Origin: Fistulifera solaris
Lineage: Eukaryota
Reading direction: 5' to 3'
Length of the DNA: 64,000 nt
Assembly: GCA_030295235.1 (NCBI GenBank)
Contig: AP026123.1
Location: forward strand, 2,418,001-2,482,000
The translations under genes were made by a program, and so were the position numbers. Below the pieces are notes generated by a model. It did no database searches. It saw only the letters and a program-made list of their open reading frames with translations, and was not told the origin of the DNA. Position 1 is the first letter of the stretch. Each line of letters begins with the position of its first letter. Positions 12,878 through 24,775 of this stretch are shown one piece after another.

Positions 12878-15071
12878 TCATGGAATCTTCTCAAGCGTCA
12901 GCAGCCGAATGTCGTAGGCCACCGCCAAAAAGGTCTGTCCATGGGCTTTTCTAGCACGATTGAGCGATCTTCTTTCCGCATTACTAAAATGGATTCGTTT
13001 GTTCATGGATCGCAATCGCTCCACCGCCTTGAGTCCAATGACGGCAACGTCTGCCAAATCGACAGATAGCTGTTGGACCTCTTGTAAAATAGGAAAGCGT
13101 TCTATTGAGGTTGATAGCTTTCCATGATTATCTCTCCATAGAGAAAGACATTCCACAATCTCAACGTATGCGCTACGATTCGTATCAGCGCGATCGGTAG
13201 GGCTCGATTGCAAAAACTCCTCCACTAAGAATCGAAAGCGGCGAGCCACAGGGGCATCCGGCCGTGCGGCATCCACAACACGCGTCAATGGAGAAAAGGT
13301 AGTGTAGCCCAGTTGCTGGCCTCGCTCATAACCGGGTACAGGTTCTAGAACGTCCACCAAATTCTTGAGTGCCGAGATATCGGATCCCTGAACCAACCGG
13401 CGCAGCATCATCTCGTAATTCTTGATGTATGTAAGCCCATGCTCTTCCAACTGATAGCTCACTATATCTAAACGGCGATACATGTCATGCGTGTCCGACA
13501 CATTTTGTGGCGACCATAAACGCTCTGCTATTGCTGCAGTACGTGGCCAGATGCGAGAATCAATGGTTTCCGGGCTTACAAACTCGGACCACATCGTAGC
13601 TTCGCCTCCGAGAACCAGTTCTTGTTCCTCTCGTGTCAGGTTGACGTCTAGCGGTAGCGGGTCATTTTGGTAGTGCGTCTCCGCTGAGAGACACAAGTCG
13701 ATGTAATAACCATTCGAAAGAATGCTTCGGTATCCCTGTTGACCTGCTTGAATCATGGAATCATGACCACGCCAAGATTGAATTACAATGTTTTTGGCAT
13801 GTTCGGATGCAATATTTCGTCCCAACCGATCATGATCTTTCCTTCCTTTTCGAGTATACTCGCAACGCGATTGTTAAAGTACGCTTGCAGTTCGTGAGCA
13901 TTTGAGATATTGTGATCCAGCATATATTGTTGAATCGTTGCACTTTCGTTCCATTCATTGATTTTGACCTCGTCGCCACCCATATGTACGAAAGGATCGG
14001 GGAATAATGTAGTCATCTCGTGCAAGAATGTTTCAAGAAATGAATACAAGGCGTCTTTGGTAGGATCCATGACATGTTCGGAAATACCCCAATAGGGAGA
14101 TAATTCATAAGGACCCGGTGCGCTACCAAGCTCGGGATATCCCACCAACCACGATGTCGCGTGTCCAGGGAGATCAAACTCGGGGATGACGCGGATACCG
14201 CGATCTGCGGCATACGCTACAATATATGTGATTTCGTTTTGCTTGTAATAGTGCCCAGCGGATCCAAGCTCATGTAGTTTGGGAAATTCCTTGGATTCGA
14301 TTCGAAATCCTTGATCATCAGTCAGATGCCAATGCAACACATTGAGTTTCACGGCAGCCATGGCGTCAATGTTCCGTTGAATGACATCGACGGGCATGAA
14401 GTGTCGACTCGCGTCAATGAGCAGGCCACGCCACGGAAAGCGCGGTTTGTCGTGTATGGAGCCGGTCGGCCAACTGTAGGATTGCCGGAAGGGATCGACC
14501 GAAAGGAGCTGCAGCAGTGTTTCCAATCCGTGCAAAATCCCGAGATCCGTCTCCGCTTCCAACATTATTTGAGCCGTCGCAATCTCTATGGAATAAGACT
14601 CATCTTCTTTTAGTTTCGTTTCATCCCCTCGTCGCCCACACCGAATTTTGAGTACGGGTGACTTCTTATTCCACTGAAAGAAGGAAGGCGTCTCATTTTT
14701 ACCATACGCTGGTGAATTGCTCTCAAAAATAGACCGGTTCGACCCGAAAGACGTCGAAGAAATCGCTTGGCCGCTCGAAGGAGACGCTCGTCGGAGTTGT
14801 CGTTTTCCGGTAATTCTATATAAAAATCCGTGTCCAGTAGGAATGGGTCATCCTTTGTAAAAGAGACTTGCCAAGGTATAGGCATCAGTGCGAGAGTCAT
14901 ATTGCTGCCTTGTCTTTTTCGAGGAAGAATCCCCAAGAGATCTTGAATGGACGACGCCTCGGAAGACAAGATTTCTTGTAATCCGCGCTCCGAGGCGAAA
15001 AATAAACGACCACAGGCAATGAACGAAGCGAACAGGAAGGAGTGTCGGAGACTCCTGCAACAAGCTATCAT
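12878..15071 (-). CDS. Beta-N-acetylhexosaminidase, glycoside hydrolase family 20 (bacterial type)
   Basis: GH20b domain, DKPRFPWRGLLIDASRHF, HWHLTDDQGFR, PEFDLPGH, catalytic HMGGDE, GGEATMWSE, IWPRTAAIAERLWS. Three ORF pieces joined by indels, with no introns apparent. Confidence 0.95.
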
Positions 15072-15783
15072 TGTCTCTTAGAAGGAAATCATGCCGACTG
15101 AAATAATGGAATGAATGATAGCAGAGGTGTCGTCGGCGGTATCGGCGTTTTTCATCTCGGCGCGGGCAAATCTTTGAAATCTTTTTACTATAACACCAGA
15201 ATGTAGATTACTTTTTTCCGCGACGACTCATTTATTTCGAGTCACGACCTCGAGAGATTTTGACATCGTTGGGGCATCGAACATTGGCGATGCCGTCAGC
15301 CACTTTCTCAACGGCAATATCTCTCGAGATGCGAGCGTCCGACTTGGGATCGGCTATTAACAAGGCTGAGATCTCTAGACTGGTATGAACTTGAGAGTAT
15401 CTCACAAGTCCTCAAGTCAAAATCGAAGCACTTAGCACTTTAGTGCCTTCATCAATCACTCAATATGCTTTATGACAGCCAAAATCAGTTTGCCGGTTTA
15501 TTATCTTTTCAGTTGCATTTCGATTTGTGATGTCGATCATCGTTTAGGTGGATAATCGGATCGGTGTATTTTTCGTTTTTTCTATAGCACCCAACTGTAC
15601 AGAGGGGACGGATCCAAGACTGGGGTTTCGGTCACGCTGATCTTATTGCTTCGAATGAATGAAGTCAATCAATGCGAGCATGTGTTACTTATCCGATCTA
15701 CAATAACTTGACGAAAGAAGAGCACAGGTGGAAGAAGATAATGATAGTAGCTCAAGAATGGTCTATCAGAAGAGATTATGACA

Positions 15784-17917
15784 TTATGAACGAAAAGATG
15801 AGTCTCTCGTAGCCTCAGCTCGAGCCAGAGCAGCGGCAATGTCTTCGACACGAAACGGTTTGGTGAGAACTTCATCGCCTCCGGCTACGGAACACGTTTC
15901 TTTGAAGTCGGTGGAAATATAGGCAGTGACAAAGACAATGTACGGAGCATCACGACGCCGGGATCGCTGCTGAATGGCTTGACAGGCTTGCAATCCGTCG
16001 ACTTTGGGCATAAGGACATCCATAAAGATCAAGTCGTACTCGTTCATAGACTCTTGTTCGATGGCTTTCTCGCCATTGTCGACAATATCAACGTCTGCAT
16101 ATCCCAATCTGGATAGCATGCGGGATAATATCTTTTGATTGATGACATTGTCTTCGGCAACTAAAATTCGAAGGTTTTTCGGTGAGGATGCATCGCTCTG
16201 CGGGCTCTCGGTCAAAGATGACAGTGAAGACGATTCCGAAGACATGCGAGCGTCTGACTGCTTCATCAGAATGGCATTTCGCAAAAATTTGATGAGAACA
16301 CAGGGTAGTGTTTGCTCGATAGATAGGATATGAGCATCGGTCGCTGGTATGGCTTCTTTGGGACCAAAGGATATTAATGGGATGTGCCGTTCTTGTAATT
16401 GCTTGACGGAGTCAGCTTCATAGAGTTCTTCGTGAAACAGGCATACAGAATGAGCAGCAGTTGATGGTTCTGCACAGAGCTCCTTTACGGCGGCCGATAG
16501 ATTCGGGAAAACATCAAAGGCAATACCGTAGTCGCTGAATGTGTCGAGGGCAGCGGCAAATGAAACATCCTCGGGGTCATTGGCGATGAATAGAACTCTT
16601 GTGTTGGGCAAGCCGTCTGTGGTAAGATCGACTCGCTGGTCCACAAATGGTAATCGACTGTAAACCGAGTGAATTCACCCGGTTTGCTTTCTACTCTAAT
16701 CTTTCCCCCTAGCGCTTGTACCAACTTGTACGTGATGGTGAGTCCCAACCCGCTTCCACCGTACGTACTCTCTGTCTCGGAGCTTTCTTGATGGAATGGC
16801 AAGAAAATACGGTCAATTTCTTCTTCTTTGATGCCGATTCCGTAATCGGTTACTTCAAAGCGTATTAATGATCGATGTGACACGTGAGGACAGATGGAAG
16901 CCGTGGTGTTTTGAAATCGAAAGACGGTGCTACGGGACAAGGAACTTCCTGCCATGGATTCATCGATCACGTCGGACAGTGAGGAATTTGATAGTGCGCC
17001 TAACAGGGGAAGAGAGTCATGGGATGTTTTTGCCCACAAGTTGGTCAACATGGCTTCCGTAAGTGTAGACTTTTCGTTGCAATCCACTTCAGATGTCTTG
17101 GTCTCGTATTCCTCTTCTGCTTCGACGAGAGTCTGCAAAGACCGTCGGTTGGACAATGGTCCACAATTTTGACTTCAAGATGAACTACCCCTCCTTTCTC
17201 ACTAAATTTGACAGCGTTCCCAAGAAGGTTGTACAGAATTTGCTGCAGTCTCCGCGAGTCTGTGGTAAAATGTTCTGGTACACACGAGTCGTAGCAAGTT
17301 GCAATTCGAACGTGTTTCGCTTGCGCTTGCATTTGTATCGATCGCACTGTGGAATCGAGTGCCTGTTGAAGATTGCTCTCTTGAATCAAAACATTGTAGC
17401 TACCAGTTTCGAGCTTGGTCCAGTCAAGCACATCGTTAACAACCGCAAGGAGTAAGTCACTGGAAGATAAGATCATCTTCATGTATTCTGCTTGTTGGGG
17501 TTCTAACTCCATGTCGACCATCATCCTGGATAAACCGATGATGCAGCTCAGGGGTGTTCGAATTTCGTGGCTCATGCATGCAAAGTAGCGCAATTGAGAT
17601 GATGCTGCCTTGTGCGACAATGTTTCATGTTCGCGTAATCTGGAATTTTCGGCTTGGAGGTGTTGAATGCGCGACTCGAGTTCTGTTTGCTTGGGTTTTT
17701 GTTTGTTGGTAGCAACTCGAGAAGCTGCTTCTACGTTGTCGGCACTGGCGCTTGTTTGGAACACGCTTACTTTCATTCCAGCCAAAAGGGTATCTCTGCA
17801 GTTCTCCCATATCCAATGTTTTATTTGTTCTTCGTTTGCCCACGCTTCGCAAGGGACTTCCAGGTCGATTGGAGCGAGCTCTATGCGGAATCTAGTGGTG
17901 CACATGTTTCTTGTCAT
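15784..17917 (-). CDS. Hybrid histidine kinase (HisKA-HATPase-REC)
   Basis: H-box ACMSHEIRTPL, N-box LQQILYNLLGNAVKF, G1 DYGIG, F-box FLPFHQ, G2 GGSGLGL. Receiver LVAEDN...LIFMDVLMPKVDG...VTA...KPF. Split by frameshifts near 17155 and 16645. Confidence 0.93.
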
Positions 17918-19440
17918 TGTCGGTTGGGAAAGTGGTCAATGATAGAGATAAAGAATCTCTTGTCGTGAAAATCATTGATGGGAAGGTGGTCCTGTGTTGA
18001 TCAAAAATTGTTTGCTCGTGATGGCGGCGGTCGGACACGCGAATCCTGTACACCAAGCACCAGCTGTCATTTTGTCGTTTTGTCGAATAAGAAGATCTAC
18101 AGAGTTTGTCCGAAGCGTCCGAAACTCAATACCTGGGACGTAGTAAGATACTATCAGGAAGCATTAGAAATCAGTCTTACGTAGTACTTAATTAGTGACT
18201 GTCAGCAAATCAGATAATCCGAATTTTCAAAGTCCGTGCTTCTGAAAAGACACTGGGAACCTCTTTATACCCACTACAGTACACAAAATCGACACAGGAC
18301 AGATTGGAAGAAGGAAGGCGGTCAATTGTTCTTTATCTACTATAATAGCTTTTTGTAGCGAAATGTCCTTCCATTTAGGATTTATTTAGCATAACTCCGC
18401 TTTCGTGATGTGGTATTCCGTTGTTTTACTCTTTTCCTTATGGATGCGGAGAAATGGAGGTTCTCCGTTCTCCTGCCTCTTGACTTCTTTGTTGATTTTA
18501 GAGCGGACCACTTTTGCTATCGGATTCAGTGTACAATGGGCGTAGCTCCCAGCGCTACATGTGTGAGTCAACAGTGCTCAAGGCAAGATTGAAATCATCT
18601 GCAAAAGAGAAACAAGAAACACAAAACACAAAACAACCTTCGCCTCCCATCTCCTTATCCTTGTTTCTTGCTTTTGCCGCACTAAAATCCGCAAATCGCC
18701 CGTAACGATCCCCCGAGAAGCGAGAACACCAGAAGGGATCAAAAACCGCAATAGCCAATAGCTGGGGTTCAACGTCTCAGCAAGCACCGAAAGCTATCCT
18801 AAGAATGAATTACTCTCCGTATTCCATATGCAGTCAGCGCTTAAATATTTACGTTGCTTCGTCACAATGTCAAATGGCTCTGAAGCTCCAGCATATCTTT
18901 TCCGAGACTCCAATACTATTCAGCTCCAGATCCGTCGCATTTTCCTAATCTGTGAGGTGAGATAAAGAAAAAAGTGAGCAGTTGTTCTCTTGCTTGCGTT
19001 CGTAAACAAAGCCCTAATTCCTGCGGAAACTGCATCAAAAATTGATCTAAAACATCTGGAACTCCTCGATCGTAGATAGTAGTCGTAGTTCGCAATTTAT
19101 TTTTACTACGGAGTACTTTATTGACTCTGGAAAGTCTCTCCTTAGTCCTTAGTCCTTAGCTCGTCGCTATGAACAGATAAACTTACAAGTCGGATCGGTT
19201 TCGATGACGCTCTCGGAATAGGGTGATCACGATTTGCCACGTGGACGACGGAAGGATTTGCAGCCGACGACGAGAATGAAGCGCAGAATGAAAATGAATG
19301 ATGGACAACAACTTGTATGGAATCTGGATTCACCTTACCGCTAACTATCATCTATTGAGGTGTTTTGCATCGAAATCATAGTAGTTAGAGCTGTTTCCTT
19401 CAGGCTGCGAAACGACCCGATTTTGTATCGCAAACGACAA

Positions 19441-20746
19441 ATGTCGACATTGCAGCGCTTCGTCCTGATGTGGTTCGTTTCTACCGTTCGCGCCTTGCAA
19501 ACTACCCAAGCCCCACCGCTGGTTCTGGGCGATCAGATCATAAAATCGGTGGCGGCTCCGATGGTTGCCGCGAGTGATTACGCGTTCCGTTGTTTGTGTC
19601 GACAATACGGAGTCGATTTGACGTACACACAAATGTTGCACGCCAAGAACATCGTCCGTGATCCAATTTTTGTAAGGAATCACCTTGATTTCTACGAATG
19701 CGGCATTGTTGAACAGAAGCTTGTAGCAAGCCAGCAATTGATATTAAAAGATACCACAGTACGACCGCCCCTACCGAGTGTCACGGCCACCAAAGGTCCC
19801 CTCATTGTACAACTCGCCGGAAATGATCCTACTCTGGTTGCCCAAGCCGCTCAAAAAGTCTTCAATTTACATCCCCAAATTGCCGGATTCGACTTGAATT
19901 GTGGCTGCCCACAAGCGATTGCACGCAAGGGGAATTATGGTTCGTTTTTGATGGAACACGACAATGGGAAAACGGTGTGTGATATCGTTCGGTCGCTCCG
20001 ACAAGCCGTACCGGTTCCCATTTCCGTCAAACATCGCTTAGCGACCGATCCATCTCAGAACATTTCGCGATGGCGGGCTCTGCAAGAGGCGGGTGTGTGT
20101 TTCATCACGGTGCATGGTCGGACTTTTGTACGAAAACAAGACAGCGGTGGGACCGTGTCACGTGGAATGGAGTCAGAAAGCCGTAGAAACATTGAGTATT
20201 CCCGTCGTTGCCAACGGTGGTGTGGAACGCTTCCAGGATGTGGAACAGCTCCTGCAAAACACGGGAGCATCCGCAGTCATGTCTTCGGAAGGGCTGTTGG
20301 AGACGCCGTATTTGTTTCGTGATGATCCGGTCAACGTCAAGGATGCGCAATTTCAAGTGACCCGCGATTATTTGGCGTGGTGTATTCATTTTCCGCCGTT
20401 GCCGGGAGTATTGGGGCCGCGTGGAAGTATGACGGTGGTCAAGGGACACGTATTCAAATTTTTGCATCGCTATTGGTCGCAACACGAAGATTTACGCGAT
20501 CGGCTGACGGATCCCTCTGTCGATACGTTGGGGCAACTGGAGGGTGTCGTAGACGAACTTTGGGCAAGAGTTTCGGAACAAGATGACTGCGAAAGCGTAT
20601 CTTGGTACCGCCGACATCGAAAACAGCGAACCAAAGTGGAACAAGTCCCGGTAGTTCTTTCCGCGGATGAACGCAAAGCACAAATCAGAGAACGAATCGA
20701 CCAAATGAGAAAAGATCAAAAGAACGTGTTACGGTTATCGGCCTAA
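19441..20746 (+). CDS. DUS1: tRNA-dihydrouridine synthase (DUS1-like)
   Basis: APMVAASDYAFR, GPLIVQLAGNDP, DLNCGCPQAIARKGNYGSFL, TVHGR, IPVVANGG, VMSSEGLL. One frameshift near 20127. Confidence 0.9.
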
Positions 20747-21733
20747 CACTTCTTCCTCGGACACCAATCGGGACGAAAGACCCACGTGTTCGTGAGGAAA
20801 TGTTTTATAGCAACCGTCGACACCGCATTCAAAGCGCGGCGCCATTGAATCCGTCAATGCCTGTTCTTCGGGCCGAATGCGGCATAAATCTTCATCGACC
20901 GGTGGATTCGCACGAAGCACACTGCAGCGGTCTAGCCATGTTTCGACGGCCGATTCTATTACGGCACCGGTATCATCCACCAGACCTTGGAACTGTAAAT
21001 TTTGCTGAATAATGGCTCCATTTTTCAGTGCAATAAGTGCCGGTAGACTGTGATTAGGGTCAATGTCGGAAAAATGTTTCGGATTCAGGAGGAGTGTCGA
21101 CCTTCCGTCACTCCGCAAGAACAGCGTACCCATGGTCTTGGGCGCCAACGTTCGTTCGAAATACAAATCCAACGACGCGGAAGTTGGACTGTCGGCATCG
21201 AACAAGTGCAACACACAGACGGGGGCTCGTAAAGCCGCTCCGAGCACGCGCGACGGATGCATTTGTCGCACCGACCCGTATCCATGAAAACGGCGAATTT
21301 CATTCTGTAGCATGTTCCATTCGAGTTGGGCTCGTCTCCATTCATCATCAGGTAACTCAGAGTCTTCTAGTAAATAATCAAATTCGTCTTCTTCTTCGTC
21401 CTCTTTGTTGACTTCCTCTGTTTCATCTTTTACTACTTCGTCTACTTTGGGTAATTGTTGTTTCAGTTGAATCAATGCCCAGTATTCTCCTCCATCCTGA
21501 TTCGGATCAAAACAGCAGCGACAATCCTCCGAGGTAATCAGATTCCGTCTCTGTCGTTCACGTGCCGCCACGACATCGTGCTTGGACAAGGTGGCCATGA
21601 GTGCGTTGCCTTTCCGGTTCGTTTCAATCTCGCGCTGACAACACGATTCCAACGTCGGATCAATGTCCTCCAAGTTGGGTCGTTCGACGTGCACGGGGGC
21701 TCCCAGTCCTTCCAGTCGGTTCGCTTGAAACAT
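20735..21733 (-). CDS. Phosducin-like (thioredoxin-fold) protein with Cys/His-rich C-terminus
   Basis: Acidic tract followed by HGYGSV, VCVLHLFD, TLFLR and LPALIALKNG, matching the phosducin layout. C-terminal CGVDGC.K.FPHEH. Confidence 0.6.
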   Translation of the reverse strand: MFQANRLEGLGAPVHVERPNLEDIDPTLESCCQREIETNRKGNALMATLSKHDVVAARERQRRNLITSEDCRCCFDPNQDGGEYWALIQLKQQLPKVDEVVKDETEEVNKEDEEEDEFDYLLEDSELPDDEWRRAQLEWNMLQNEIRRFHGYGSVRQMHPSRVLGAALRAPVCVLHLFDADSPTSASLDLYFERTLAPKTMGTLFLRSDGRSTLLLNPKHFSDIDPNHSLPALIALKNGAIIQQNLQFQGLVDDTGAVIESAVETWLDRCSVLRANPPVDEDLCRIRPEEQALTDSMAPRFECGVDGCYKTFPHEHVGLSSRLVSEEEVLGR

Positions 21734-21774
21734 TATTTGAGAATATGCTTATAAAAAAGAAGAAAAGATTGAAT

Positions 21775-21805
21775 AATGAGCAATGAGCAATGAGCAATGA
21801 GCAAT
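21775..21805. repeat. (AATGAGC)4 heptamer tandem repeat
   Basis: aatgagcaatgagcaatgagcaatgagcaat read directly, about 40 bp upstream of the phosducin-like ATG. Confidence 0.85.
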
Positions 21806-21977
21806 CGACAAGTTCGCGTTGCACGCGAATGCGACGCAAAAAAATGAGGCAGTGGGCGAGGTGATGACAGACGCTTCTGGTACTTCGGGTCGGGTACTGA
21901 CGCCGATGATCGAACTATGGTGGTTTGCTATTAGGTACCGTATGAAGGATTCAAGTCAATGCACTTTAGCTTTAAAT

Positions 21978-24425
21978 CTAAGATTTTCGCCTCCTCTTCT
22001 TGGCTTCGTGTCCAATTTGCTTCTTGCCCCGTTTCATGCCACCCTGATTGTTTTGGTTGAGACCTTTCTTACCCCGTCCTTTGGAGCGAGCTTCAAAACT
22101 AAACTTGGACATGGTAAAATTCTTCTTGCGCTTTTTTCTCCTCGTTGGTGGATCCTCCCTCGCGTTGTTTGGCTTCGAACTTGGTTCGTCCGGCAATGAC
22201 TTTCTCAAGTCGTTCGGCCTTGCTCTGTCGCTTTCGCCTTGCGTCGGCCATGATATCCTCTGGATTCACGGCTCCGGCAATCTTGATTCGATTCGCTTCG
22301 TCTTCATCTTCGCTGTCGTCACTCAAATCTTCCAAGTCCCGTCCACGTGCCTTGGCTCGTTTGCGGCGTGCCGCTTCGCGAGGGTCTTCCCGGGCGCGTC
22401 GTTCCAGTTCTACCAGTTTGCGCATCTTTTCAAAATCGGAAGCAGTGAAAATGCGCTCCGACGACACTTTCTGCTTCAATAGTTCACGTTCCTTGGGTGT
22501 CATTTTGGAAACATCCGGAACGGCAGAGTCTTCTTCTCCATCTTCTTCTTGTTCCTCTTCGGCGTCGAGATTTACCAGGTGGGAGCCTCGTCGTCATCAA
22601 CTTCCTCCTCCGCCTCATCATCTTCATCAACGTCACTCGCATCCTCGACATCTTGCCATTCCCCAGATACATCATCATCATCATCGTTACCTTCAGAACC
22701 ATCGTCTTCTTCATTCTGGGCTTGCTTCTTTTGCTTTGCTGCTTTCTTTGCCTCGTATTCATATAGTAGTTCGGCACCTTCCACTCCTGAGGCTACTTTC
22801 TTTTCTCCGTATCGAAGCGGTTTGGCACCTGCCTTGTGCAAAGCTGATCCCTTGAGGCCTCGATTTTTGCCCTGAAGCAAACCAGGGTAAACATCTCTGA
22901 CAAAGTTAAGCCACCCTTTTCCAGCAATAGCCACACTGCGATCGCGGTGATTGCCGAATGCTGCCAGGTCTCGAGCAAACGCTTCAATGTCCATGGTTGT
23001 TGAGTTTGTGATGCCATCTACTTCCTCTGTAGAGAGAGATGATGGTACTCTTGTGCAAATGGCTCTGGCGGCGTTGATACCTACGGCCATCTGTTCCTCC
23101 GAGCAACGTTCAGTGATGAAATTGTGCGCAATCGTCTTCAAGATTCCGTGAATTTCGTCAGGTGGGACATTCTCGTGGCATGCCTGTACTGCATAGGCAA
23201 GAATGGCCGTCACATCACGCTGGTGGCCTCCCATGTACTTTTGCAAGAATGAATACAGCGGTAACAAGATCAGCTCGTGATTACCCACCAAGCGGGTCAC
23301 AAAGTTGATCATCAGTAACTTTACTTGGTATTTGTAGGCCGAATTGTTTGACCGCAATTTCTTGAACACGGCTTCAGCAAGACCTTGAGGATCGCGCAAT
23401 AGCTCAATGGCGGGATATAACTTCTTGCACGCTTCAACACCTTTGTCTTTGTCAGGGTTCATATTCATTTCCATCCACTCGTCTTGCATCTCGCGCTTCT
23501 TTTGTGCCTTAACTTTGTTTTTGAGTTGTCGATTCACGTGTCGTTCTCTCGCCGCCGTCTTTTTCGAATGCGAATGATAATCGATGGCGTTCTTTTCACT
23601 CCAGTCTACTTCTTCCTCCGCAGCATCGTCTTCGGCCATTTTTTCCTCAATGTTCAAAAAAAATCGCATCGCCCGACACATAATGGTAACATTGGGCGAC
23701 AAAACTGCTGAAGCAACAATCGCCACAGTCCTCTCTTCCGTCCATATCCGTCTTCTGTACAATTCGCAAACCAAATCGGTGGCTCGTTTCGCGGCAACGT
23801 CCGTGGACGACTCTTCGTCTCCGGACGCGGGCCCTTGGTGTCCACTGATTAGTTTGTGAAGAAAAGTTTGTATCGAGCGATTAATGGTGTCATCGCGCTT
23901 GCCCTTCTTGTTAATGTTACGAATATCATTGACCAGATGATGATACAGCAGTTCTCTTAGTTTCTTGTCAGGGACCACCGCCATGATGCGAAAGAACAGT
24001 TCGAGGATGCGGATTGGCGGTAGTACACCCTTGTTTCTCATGAGAATGAGTGCGGATACGCACGTTTTGCGAACATCACGATGAAGCGCTGTCACAGGTA
24101 AAGAGGAGCTGATCATCACATTATTCTTGTCCTCGGCAGACTGTTCTCCGACCAAAAGCCCGATGAGTAAATTCGCGATATGGTCCGCATGTGTCGTTTT
24201 GTAAGAACTACTCGATACAGCGGCAGCAAATTGGATAAGCTCAATGAGTCGAGCGGACGGCTCCGTAGCGGGCTGCAAAGCAAGAATTCCCAATTCGGAC
24301 TCGAGACGTCGCACTTGAGCCTCAAAGTCTTCCTTGTATCCGGAAGGGTCTCGCTTGCACAAATTCTGCAATTGGGGGAGCTTGAGCGTCACCTCCACGC
24401 GTTTTCCTGTTCCCGATCCTCCCAT
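21978..24425 (-). CDS. SDA1: SDA1 60S ribosome biogenesis protein
   Basis: LPQLQNLCKRDP..YKEDF, LLRDPQGLAE, QRDVTAILA, IAHNFITER, VGINAAR.IC.R, and C-terminal GGSTN.EK.RKKNF.M. Frameshifts in the C-terminal part. Confidence 0.95.
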
Positions 24426-24775
24426 ATTTCACTTTGAGCACTAATCTCTGATAAAATGAATAAATTTTAGCGTCTAGGCTTGTAAAGAGGCTGAAGTTCA
24501 CTCTTTGAACAAGCAAAGAACAATAACGTACTCCGTATTTTTTTTTTAGAGACGGCTAGAAAAGAAAAAGGCAGCAAATTTTTTTTGGGTGGCCAGCTAC
24601 GTGTAGGATGGGCGAACGGACGGCCGCTGTTCCCCCATCGTCTATCCTTAACTCTAACAAAATAATCGCCAACCGCACCTCGCATCCTCACTCGTCGAAC
24701 AAATTTTTTTAATAATTTTATCTTTGTAATGCCTACCGTACCTTGACGAACGAAGGAAACTATAATCGCTATCGT

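Noticed and set aside
22145..22875. Long Ser-rich plus-strand ORFs
   Set aside because: These are antisense shadows of the acidic SDA1 C-terminus.
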